Assembly (NCBI GenBank): GCA_963693055.1
Contig: OY843751.1
Location: 4,480,001 to 4,544,000 of the forward strand
Direction: 5' to 3'
DNA length: 64,000 nt
From: a bacterium
Lineage (GTDB): Bacteria > Zhuqueibacterota > Zhuqueibacteria > Residuimicrobiales > Krinioviventaceae
The translations under genes were made by a program, and so were the position numbers. Positions 38,257 through 47,043 of this stretch are shown one piece after another. The stretch's first letter is position 1, and each line of letters starts with the position of its first letter. The notes under the pieces are model-generated. The model was not told the DNA's origin. It searched no databases and saw only the letters and a program-made list of their open reading frames with translations.

Positions 38257-40761
38257 ATGATTAATATTAAATATATATCTGTTCTCGTATTATGCCTGTT
38301 ATTATTCTTCCCGCTTGCACAACTTTACTCTCAATCTCACCCTATATGGCAGCCTCCTGATGAATTTCAGGCAACTAGTCCGAATTTTGGTGACTATGTT
38401 GACCTCACTGAAACCGAACTGCGAAATTACATAGACACACGTGGAATACAAAATTCTTCCAATGCAGATATGGCGTATGTAGTTTACGATTTTGCGGCAC
38501 TCTATTATATAACCGGTAATATGGATTATGCATACAAATCTGCAGTATTGTTGGATGAATATGCTAATGTATTCTCTCAATGGCCCAGAAATATTGGCGT
38601 TACCCGTGGGTACTATATGTGGTGGGACGACTGGTATCACCGTGATTTGGGATGGGTAGCAAGGTATTTACCGCAGGGTTATGACATTATCGCAAACAGC
38701 GGCGTTTATGAACAAAACGCATCCATGAGTAAAACCAAAGTCCTTGAATTATTCAGAGATATTATAAATGTTGATTTACAATATCCATTATTCATGTTTA
38801 ATTCAGCCGGTACAAGACCTTTGGGATTAATGATATTTGCACGTGTATTGAATGATCCAAAACTGGCGCATTTGGCATACTGGTATTACAATAAAATGCT
38901 GCACGAAAGCTATACCTATGACGGATTTTGGTACGAAGGCGCTTATGATTATATGGCCATTATTACAAGGGCTCTTTTAAGCAGCAATTATAAAAAATAT
39001 TTCAATGGCTACACCGACCCTGCAGATTTCACCAGCCATGTTCCTTATGAAAAATGGGACACTCCACGGATAGAAAATTTAGATATGGATGAACGGTTCA
39101 AACTCATTCACAATCGGATGGACGAAACCTTGTGGAACTCTGCCATGCCCAACGCAACCTGGCCGGTAATTAACGAAACATCTCCCTACCCTATTGGATA
39201 CAATGGAGACAATCCCAATTATATTAAAAATATATTATCCGGTTCAAAACTCTATGGCGGTTTTGGTCATGCAGCTCTGGCATCCGGTAGCGGGCCTGAC
39301 CAAACACAAGCCAGGCTCGATTTTTCCCCCGCATTTAGCCATTACCATCGCGATGCACTACATCTCATCTATTTCAGCAAACAATACGAAACCGTTGGCG
39401 GAACTGGTTATGTTTACAGCAACAGGGTATGGAACCGATCAACATTAAACCAAAACCTTGTTGTTATTGATGGCACAGAACAGACAGCCGATTATTGGAC
39501 AGATTTTGTAGACTCGCCATACACACCAGAGAATGGCAGAACTGTAACTGAACTGGAGTCTGTTGATTTTCCTGAAACCAATATACACAACAATATTGTG
39601 CTTTTTGAGACTGAATTTCAAAACTTTAATAAAGTTCAAATTGTTGAAGTAGATGCTGCCAATGCCTATCAAAACATTCCAGCGAGAACATACCAACGCA
39701 TGCTCTCAATGATAGATATTGATGAAACCCATTCGTATCTGATAGATTTTTTCTATTCCAAGGGGGGTACACAGTACGACTGGATGCTGCATGGCGGACA
39801 TCATGATTATCAAATTGAACCTGCAAGCAACATGCATTCGGCATCTGGTAGTTTTGGCAGAATATCTTTAGAAAAGCAAACAAGTTCATTTTCGAAATGG
39901 CAGGCAGACCTGGTTTATGGTTCTGCAACGCATAGATTAACGTTGTTAAATAATGGACAAACAGAAATATTTACGGGGAGCGCACCAGGTTCACGCCAAA
40001 ACGAAGGCAGCCAACAATATTTAATTGCCAGAAAATCAGCTTCTGCAAACGAAATGACAGGCTATTACGCAGTTCACCAGACATTTGACCAGAGCAGTGC
40101 AATCCAGAGCATTAATCCGTTAGCACCTGTTATTAAAAAAGAGGGTGTATATGGTGTTCAAATAAATATGGCGGGTAAAACCGATTATATTATCCACTCG
40201 CTGAATCCCAATGTTGATACATTTAACCAATTTATAATTAATAACCAGAAACTAGAATTTAATGGCAAATTCCTGCACTTGAGATTTACAGGTAACAAAA
40301 TTGAATGGATATACAGTCTTGATGGTACGGTTATGTTTCCGGGGCACAACATCCCCTTCCTCAAAGCAAACGCTTTTCATGGTAATGTTTTAGATGTGCT
40401 TCGCAGGGAAGGTGGAGATTCTATGAACGCATTTGTGACAGATGTAGAATTGCCCAACAACGCATTGCTGGTAGGTAAAACCGTAATTGTTAAATGGGGT
40501 AATGGATGGACATGGGGATATAAAATTCAATCCGTAAATGGCAATGTAATAACTACGATAGAGGAACCGGGTTTTAACATTAATCAGGGTCAGGTAGAAA
40601 TGCATTACTGCCCTGCGGGAACTTATCCCGGACCGGTAACCTTTTACATTACAGGTTCCAGTTTATACAACAATGGGAAAATAACAACAACCAACCCCAT
40701 ATCGAGTGATACCACCCCGCCCAAAACGCCAAGCTTAAAATCTATAAATATTGTTGAATAA
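38257..40761 (+). CDS. Secreted heparinase II/III-like protein, paralogue of the catalytic part of 32726-36583
   Basis: Shared blocks MWWD.W.HRDLGWVA, MFNS.G.RP.G, YWYYNKMLH, QTQARLDFS, GGTGYVY, WGNGW.WGYKI.SVNGN, PAGTY.GPVTF. Confidence 0.78.
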   Translation: MINIKYISVLVLCLLLFFPLAQLYSQSHPIWQPPDEFQATSPNFGDYVDLTETELRNYIDTRGIQNSSNADMAYVVYDFAALYYITGNMDYAYKSAVLLDEYANVFSQWPRNIGVTRGYYMWWDDWYHRDLGWVARYLPQGYDIIANSGVYEQNASMSKTKVLELFRDIINVDLQYPLFMFNSAGTRPLGLMIFARVLNDPKLAHLAYWYYNKMLHESYTYDGFWYEGAYDYMAIITRALLSSNYKKYFNGYTDPADFTSHVPYEKWDTPRIENLDMDERFKLIHNRMDETLWNSAMPNATWPVINETSPYPIGYNGDNPNYIKNILSGSKLYGGFGHAALASGSGPDQTQARLDFSPAFSHYHRDALHLIYFSKQYETVGGTGYVYSNRVWNRSTLNQNLVVIDGTEQTADYWTDFVDSPYTPENGRTVTELESVDFPETNIHNNIVLFETEFQNFNKVQIVEVDAANAYQNIPARTYQRMLSMIDIDETHSYLIDFFYSKGGTQYDWMLHGGHHDYQIEPASNMHSASGSFGRISLEKQTSSFSKWQADLVYGSATHRLTLLNNGQTEIFTGSAPGSRQNEGSQQYLIARKSASANEMTGYYAVHQTFDQSSAIQSINPLAPVIKKEGVYGVQINMAGKTDYIIHSLNPNVDTFNQFIINNQKLEFNGKFLHLRFTGNKIEWIYSLDGTVMFPGHNIPFLKANAFHGNVLDVLRREGGDSMNAFVTDVELPNNALLVGKTVIVKWGNGWTWGYKIQSVNGNVITTIEEPGFNINQGQVEMHYCPAGTYPGPVTFYITGSSLYNNGKITTTNPISSDTTPPKTPSLKSINIVE

Positions 40762-40795
40762 AAAAAAGCCCGGTCTTTGAACCGGGCTTTTTTTT
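40760..40795. terminator. Bidirectional intrinsic terminator
   Basis: A8-GCCCGGT-CTTTGA-ACCGGGC-T8 between convergent genes. Confidence 0.9.
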
Positions 40796-41810
40796 ATTTC
40801 GTATAAATCATTTTTCTAACCTGGGTAACCTGATTGGTGTCTAGCTTGTAAAAATACAAGCCGGCAGAAACAGAGTTCCCCATACCGTCTTTTCCATCCC
40901 ACATGTAGGAATAATATCCAGTAGACTGTTGCTCATTGGCAAGTTGAATAACCAGATCACCAATTGCATTGTAAACACTCAACCTTACGTGAGAATCAGC
41001 ACCCAATCTGTAACGGATCTGGGTTGATGGATTAAAGGGATTGGGGAAATTTTGCATCAGTTCATGTTTATCAGGAGTCGCATTTGCATCCACAGTAACA
41101 GAAATAGATTGATGTTTGTATTTCTGTCCATTAATATCAACAGATTCCAAACTGTATGTATAACTCTCGCCTGCTTTTACATTTGTATCGATATATTCAT
41201 AAGAATGACTGCTGGTACTGGTACCTGCCCCATCTATGATAATGGCATTCAATTGAAATTCACTTTGCCCTGAAATACTTTTGTAAATATTAAACCCAAG
41301 ATTGTTTAATTCTGCCTGGGTTGTCCAGTTAAGAACAACCTGATTGGATTGTATTTTAGCCTGAAAAGATGACAGTTCAACTGGCAAAGAAAAGTCACTG
41401 GGACCAAATTGCTGAGATGATCCACCACCAACAATAAAATCACGAATTTGACCACTTTCACCAAAAAAAGGACTTTCTGAATTTGTATTAAGAAACTCTA
41501 CTATAATATAATCACCCGGGTTCGCATTGGTAGAACCACCCGAACCATCAGAATAATATATCCACCCAGCTTCATATGTCAGCTCAAAACCCCATAAACT
41601 TGCATCTCCATTTGAAAAAACATATGTGTTGCTTGGATTTTTCTCAAGATATGCAGTAATAGTTATATCACCTGTTGCTGGCGCAGAATCATCAGAATTA
41701 TAAACATTCCCATATATTGTATAAGGTACCTGGGCTAATGCCAAAGTAGTGAAACCAATAAATAACAACAGAAAAATATTTATTAAAGTTTTGTAACCAA
41801 ATTTCATCAC
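40794..41810 (-). CDS. Secreted protein, paralogue of 37089-38105 (N-domain + LPVEL Ig + FlgD-Ig CTD)
   Basis: YNSDDSAPATGDITITAYLEKNPS versus YNSDGSAPSTGDIKITAYLQKNPS; FSLPVELSSF; QNFPNPFNPSTQI...RKMIYTK. Confidence 0.85.
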   Translation of the reverse strand: MMKFGYKTLINIFLLLFIGFTTLALAQVPYTIYGNVYNSDDSAPATGDITITAYLEKNPSNTYVFSNGDASLWGFELTYEAGWIYYSDGSGGSTNANPGDYIIVEFLNTNSESPFFGESGQIRDFIVGGGSSQQFGPSDFSLPVELSSFQAKIQSNQVVLNWTTQAELNNLGFNIYKSISGQSEFQLNAIIIDGAGTSTSSHSYEYIDTNVKAGESYTYSLESVDINGQKYKHQSISVTVDANATPDKHELMQNFPNPFNPSTQIRYRLGADSHVRLSVYNAIGDLVIQLANEQQSTGYYSYMWDGKDGMGNSVSAGLYFYKLDTNQVTQVRKMIYTK

Positions 41811-41863
41811 TCTACCTCATTTTTGTTAATATATGAATAAACATATAATTTTAACCTACCTAA

Positions 41864-41879
41864 ATCAAATATTATGCCG
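41864..41879 (-). promoter_or_regulatory. sigma54-like -24/-12 promoter (TTGA variant)
   Basis: Minus strand CGGCAT-AATAT-TTGAT, 53 bp before the start of 40794-41810. Confidence 0.55.
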
Positions 41880-42129
41880 AATTCAAATAAAACTCAAAAA
41901 ACACATATTCAATTATAGATTATGCGTATCAATTCTAATAAAAATCCAGTATAAAAATAAAATAACAGCCGAAATATGGTAATAATTTCCTTTTTAAACA
42001 GCCCAAATGAAATAATAAAGGTTAAATCTAAAAAACATTTATAAACACAAAAAAACAATGGTTAAAAACAGGTGTACCGGGTAAAAAGGTTGCAGTTTAG
42101 GAAGAATTTATTCTATAGGGTTAGAAAAG

Positions 42130-43452
42130 CTAATTCTTGTTATGATGGTTGATAATTACAGGTCTCTTACCAGAAGAAAGCTTGGGGATTGTTTTTACAT
42201 ACTTTATTTGAATATTGGCATCTCCTCCTATTAATTTTGATAGATTTTCAAGAATAACTGCTTTATTATTAAAATCTGGTTTTACTATTAACAAAAGCTC
42301 AAAGTTTGTTTTATCATGTTGAATAAATTGATATTGATTTATCTGCTCACTATAATCACGAAATGCAAGCGCTTCAAATATTGCAGCAGGATTCACCATG
42401 CTTCCATTAGTTGCAATTATATAGTCATCTTTTCTTCCTACAATTTGTTTAATTGCAGGCATATGAGGATGACAAAGATCTTCCTTGCCCACCCATTCCG
42501 CAAGATCACCAATATCATAACGGATCAAAGGTACAGCAAAAGAATTAAAATCCGTAATAACGATCCTTCCCAGCTCTCCGGGATCTACCGGCTCATCACT
42601 GTCCAATTTCAATAATTCCAGATGATAGCTGGGGAAATTCACATGATAATGTCCACAACGTATACACTCGTGAGCAAGTACACCGGTTTCCAGTGTTGCA
42701 TATCGATCATGGACATTACAACCAATAACAGATTTAAACAGTGACCGCATTGACTCTGTAATAACTTCCGCGCTGGTCACAATATTTTCCAATGCAAATT
42801 TATCTGGCGTATCTCCCTTTTCCTGGCAATACATGACTAGAGGTAAAAAACTGGATGGATAACAAACCATGAACTTGTGCTTTTTTGATAATAAAATATT
42901 ACGTCCATTTTCCAACCACTCTTCATCTATTTGGGAAGGTATAAGCATAACACTGTTTTGCATAAATAGAGCCAATTTGCTTTTAGGATGTATTCGAATC
43001 TGCAGAAATGGATCTCCCAAAATATAACCAGCCTTTTCATTAAAGAACAATACTTCGGCATTTTGCCTTTTAAGTTTATTCTTTGTAAAATGAATTTTAA
43101 ACGGCTCACCACATGATCCACTTGTTGAGCGCACTGGCAATTCTTCAGACTTGAATTGGGATGATAAAAATTGTTGATAATTTTCTCTTATTTGATTTTT
43201 GGGGAGAACTGGGAAATCATTCAGACTTTTATAGCCGGAAAATGATCTGTAGTATTGAGTAGTATTAACAGCGTGGTCAAAGAGTCTTTGGGTCAATAAT
43301 GATAAATCATTAACATGCTCATCAGGATTATTAAACTTTTTTTCAATATCCTTATAATTTTCAAGTAAGAGTGAACCTTTAAAAAAATCATGTAACAAAA
43401 ACATATTTCGTCTTGGAGAAAAGAACGCCCTATATCCTTGTTGCTTTTGCAT
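42130..43452 (-). CDS. Phenylacetate-CoA ligase-like (CapK-like) adenylating enzyme
   Basis: STSGSCGEP, DRYATLETG, PLIRYDIGD, GRKDD, SGKRP. Confidence 0.85.
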   Translation of the reverse strand: MQKQQGYRAFFSPRRNMFLLHDFFKGSLLLENYKDIEKKFNNPDEHVNDLSLLTQRLFDHAVNTTQYYRSFSGYKSLNDFPVLPKNQIRENYQQFLSSQFKSEELPVRSTSGSCGEPFKIHFTKNKLKRQNAEVLFFNEKAGYILGDPFLQIRIHPKSKLALFMQNSVMLIPSQIDEEWLENGRNILLSKKHKFMVCYPSSFLPLVMYCQEKGDTPDKFALENIVTSAEVITESMRSLFKSVIGCNVHDRYATLETGVLAHECIRCGHYHVNFPSYHLELLKLDSDEPVDPGELGRIVITDFNSFAVPLIRYDIGDLAEWVGKEDLCHPHMPAIKQIVGRKDDYIIATNGSMVNPAAIFEALAFRDYSEQINQYQFIQHDKTNFELLLIVKPDFNNKAVILENLSKLIGGDANIQIKYVKTIPKLSSGKRPVIINHHNKN

Positions 43453-43577
43453 ATTAACTCCTATTTACAAGAGCAGGCACAACACTATTCATCTAATATA
43501 AGAAATTCTTGTTATTACACAAGTTATATTCACATTTTTCACTAATTCTTTATAAAGTAAAAGAACAGATACAATCA

Positions 43578-44450
43578 CTACATTTTGGCGCCAAAAGCCT
43601 TTTTTAAAATCACTTTTAATACTGGTCTTAGAATAGGGGTTATTTTGAAAAAAGCAGGAATTTGCACTTCATCAAATGTTAAACTCTTTTTGTATACCCG
43701 CAAGCTGTCTTTCATATGAGATACCTGACCATGCACAAGTGTATGAATACCAGGTGATTTTTGACAAATTTTGATCATGTGATAATGCAGACCAATACTC
43801 AAATAACTGGGTAAAGCAAAGGTATGAAAGTTTGCGGATTCCAAATATGCAATTCCATTTACAGCAACAATTTCTATATACCCACCTAGCCTGCCGTCAA
43901 CAAAACCTGCAAGCACCAGATGATTATTTTTTCCATCATTAATATAATTGCCACATTTGGGTAAATATGTTTCTTTAGATTGGGTATTCATGCGTCCTAT
44001 ACGATCACTGCTGGTCTTGTAAAGATCAAAACCTTCATTGTATAAAACATCCTTGTCTAAAAGTTCAACAAAGTCGCATTTCTTAAAACTTCGTCTAATC
44101 TGACTTCTGCGGTTTGAAGACAAATCATCAATGCTGAAATTCTCCAGTTTTTCACCAGTTATCATATGCAAATGATAATTTATGTTTGCTTTATCCTGAT
44201 CTTTTATAGACAAAGCAGATCGAATACCCCATGTGGCAAGATTGGGAAATTGGATTTGTTCCAAATCATTTTTGGAAAATAAATGTGTGGTCTGATAAAA
44301 TCCTTTTTTTACCTTTAACCAATACTGCCCATTTTTTTCAACAATTGGTTTATTCATAGAACGCAACCAATTGGCATATTCTTTTTCAGTAAAAGATACC
44401 AGCTCTACAGATTCTATATCTTTGTAAAGCATGTCATTTGAAAAGCCCAT
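43578..44450 (-). CDS. Hypothetical GNAT/FemAB-like fold protein in the polysaccharide locus
   Basis: LSSNRRSQIRRS, LAGFVDGRLGGY and SLRVYKKSL patterns typical of FemAB-like GNATs. Confidence 0.5.
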   Translation of the reverse strand: MGFSNDMLYKDIESVELVSFTEKEYANWLRSMNKPIVEKNGQYWLKVKKGFYQTTHLFSKNDLEQIQFPNLATWGIRSALSIKDQDKANINYHLHMITGEKLENFSIDDLSSNRRSQIRRSFKKCDFVELLDKDVLYNEGFDLYKTSSDRIGRMNTQSKETYLPKCGNYINDGKNNHLVLAGFVDGRLGGYIEIVAVNGIAYLESANFHTFALPSYLSIGLHYHMIKICQKSPGIHTLVHGQVSHMKDSLRVYKKSLTFDEVQIPAFFKITPILRPVLKVILKKAFGAKM

Positions 44451-44485
44451 ATCATACTACCATTTCTTGTAAAAAAACATGTTTT

Positions 44486-45793
44486 CTATAACCGGGTTTT
44501 ATTCACTATTGCAGGACATTTCCCGGAAGGCAATTCTTTAATTTTATTAACATATTCTATTTTAAAATTAATATTTTGCCCCAACGTTTTATAAATATTT
44601 TCTTTCATGTAAGCCTCCTGATTAAAAGAATCTCCTTTGACAATATAGAGCATATAATCAGAAAGGGTTTCCTGCACAAATTGATATTGAATAATATTCC
44701 TCAAAGATCCCGATGCATCTTCAATAATCTCCTGAATTGTAGCCCAATTAATGATATCCCCATTGGGCCTGTAGACCATGTCATTTTTTCTTCCAACTAT
44801 CTCTTTTATTTTTGACACAAAAGGATAATCAAAATAATCTTTTTCCATAAATGCAATATCACCAATATCATATCGAATTAGCGGCATTACATGTGAATTC
44901 AGATCAGTAATTACCACGCGTCCGGGTTCTCCTGGTTCGACGGGTTCATTACTGTCCAAAGATAAAAGCTCTACCGCATGAGAAGCCACATTAACATGCA
45001 AAGCATCACAATTTTTACAATCATGCGCTACAATACCCAATTCTTCAGTAGCATACCGATTATAGATTCGCACCTGAAAAAAATCTTCAAATGATTTCAA
45101 TAAATTTCGAGAGACTGGTTCCGCAGTACAAATCACACCTTTTAACGAACAATGAGCGTGATTAAGGCCTTTCTTTTTGCAATACGCAATGATTGGCGCA
45201 ATTACGCTAGGCCATCCAATAAGAAACTGAATATTACCAGAACTCATCAGTTTAAATTGCGTTTCAAGCCATTCATCATTCATAATTTTAGGATCAATGA
45301 CTTTGGTATTAACTTTCCATAGATCAAATTTATCAAATTCTTCAGTTCGCACTTGAGCAAACGGCATTCCCAATTTGTAACCTGCCAGTTGATTATAAAA
45401 CAAAACTTCAGCATGTCTTCTTTCTTGTTTGTAATTTGAAACAGGATATTCAAAAGGTGTACCAGTCGATCCACTGGTATATGCCAGAGGCAATTCTAAA
45501 TGTTTATAGGTTTCCGAACGAAAAGAGTCATATTCTTTTTTAAGCAAGTTTTTGTTAATTACCGGAAAATCAGTAAAATTCTTAAATGCTACCAAAGATC
45601 TATAATAGGGTGTTGTTTTAACTGCATGATTTAGCAAATTGTCTAATTTCTCTCGAAAAGGAACAATATTATCTTCAGGATGATAATAGTAACGATGCAA
45701 TTCATCCATATGCTTTTTAAACTTGCCACCTTTGGCAATATCCAAACCCCAGAAAGCGGTTCTTCTTATTTGACTCTTTAATAAACCAATCAT
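44486..45793 (-). CDS. Phenylacetate-CoA ligase-like (CapK-like) adenylating enzyme
   Basis: TSGSTGTP, NRYATEELG, MPLIRYDIGD, PSGK. Confidence 0.87.
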   Translation of the reverse strand: MIGLLKSQIRRTAFWGLDIAKGGKFKKHMDELHRYYYHPEDNIVPFREKLDNLLNHAVKTTPYYRSLVAFKNFTDFPVINKNLLKKEYDSFRSETYKHLELPLAYTSGSTGTPFEYPVSNYKQERRHAEVLFYNQLAGYKLGMPFAQVRTEEFDKFDLWKVNTKVIDPKIMNDEWLETQFKLMSSGNIQFLIGWPSVIAPIIAYCKKKGLNHAHCSLKGVICTAEPVSRNLLKSFEDFFQVRIYNRYATEELGIVAHDCKNCDALHVNVASHAVELLSLDSNEPVEPGEPGRVVITDLNSHVMPLIRYDIGDIAFMEKDYFDYPFVSKIKEIVGRKNDMVYRPNGDIINWATIQEIIEDASGSLRNIIQYQFVQETLSDYMLYIVKGDSFNQEAYMKENIYKTLGQNINFKIEYVNKIKELPSGKCPAIVNKTRL

Positions 45794-47025
45794 TTATTCA
45801 AACTTTTTCTATGGTTCGCTTCTAACACTTTAACAAATTCATCGCCCAGCTTGTCTCGCGAAAATTGTTCTTCCGCAAGTACCCGTGAACGTTTACCCAT
45901 TTCTTCTCGTTCTGTTTTTGAAACGCAAAAAGCTTCAACCGTATTTGCAAAGTCAACCGCATCATCCGGAGTACATACCTTGCCGCATTTTTGTTCCGTA
46001 ATCATATCCGCCAACCATCCCGGATAATTATTCAACACGGGCAATCCGCTGGAGATATAATCAAAAAACTTGTTGGGTGACGTACCGTAATAAAACTCGG
46101 GTATATTTGACAAAATCATCAACCCCACATCAAAACGTGGCAACAACTCTGCCAATTCTGTTTTACGTACACGCCCTACCCAGGTAACATAATCTGACAG
46201 CCCTTCCTTTTCAGAACGTTCTACAAGCTGTTCTTTGAGTGCTCCAGTCCCAATAAATACAAAATGGACTCCGGTTTTTCCGCGTCTTTTCAATTCAGCA
46301 ATGCAATCAAGTACAGCATCCAATCCATTTGCCCTGCCATGTGCGCCGGTAAACACAAACCTCACATCGCCAGGTTTGCCATATTGAGGTTCAGGCGCAT
46401 TTTTTGGTTTGGGCTTGAACAAATCCAAATCGCAACAATTGGGTATCATACTTGTTTGTTCTATGGGATACCCGGTACGCGTAATACCTTTTTGAATACC
46501 GGGAGCCAATGCAACAATATGTTTGGAAGCACGGTAGATGGAATGTTCCATATTTATCAGAATTCTGCGTGCAATAGGATTTTTCATTGCACCCATTGCA
46601 AATATCAATTCCGGCCAAAGATCACGCACCTCAAACACAAAGGGGACCTTTAATTTTCTGGCAGCCCTTTTGGCTGGTAACCCCACGGTTAATGGAGTTG
46701 ATGTAGCAAAAATAAGATCTGGCTTTGATTCCAGGATTTTCAAATACGTGTAAACCGCAAATTTAAAAAATTCAAGTGCACGTTGAAAAAGATTCATACT
46801 GTTTGAATACTCGGAATGGATGAGTTTGACGGAAATGCCATCAATATCTACAACAGAGTTGTTTTTATTATACCGCAATCGTTCATCCAGATTGGTAGAA
46901 TATGTTGAAGTAATCATGGTTACTTTATGCCCATGAGTAATTAATTTTTTTGCCCATTCATAAGAACGAATTCCATGGCCACCCACAGGTGTTGCGAAAT
47001 ACTGATGAATATAAACGACATGCAT
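45790..47025 (-). CDS. Glycosyltransferase family 4 (WbuB-like)
   Basis: YIHQYF, ATSTPL, FEVRDLWPE, SPNKFFDY. Confidence 0.9.
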   Translation of the reverse strand: MHVVYIHQYFATPVGGHGIRSYEWAKKLITHGHKVTMITSTYSTNLDERLRYNKNNSVVDIDGISVKLIHSEYSNSMNLFQRALEFFKFAVYTYLKILESKPDLIFATSTPLTVGLPAKRAARKLKVPFVFEVRDLWPELIFAMGAMKNPIARRILINMEHSIYRASKHIVALAPGIQKGITRTGYPIEQTSMIPNCCDLDLFKPKPKNAPEPQYGKPGDVRFVFTGAHGRANGLDAVLDCIAELKRRGKTGVHFVFIGTGALKEQLVERSEKEGLSDYVTWVGRVRKTELAELLPRFDVGLMILSNIPEFYYGTSPNKFFDYISSGLPVLNNYPGWLADMITEQKCGKVCTPDDAVDFANTVEAFCVSKTEREEMGKRSRVLAEEQFSRDKLGDEFVKVLEANHRKSLNK

Positions 47026-47043
47026 ACGGTTACTCTTTTTTTA

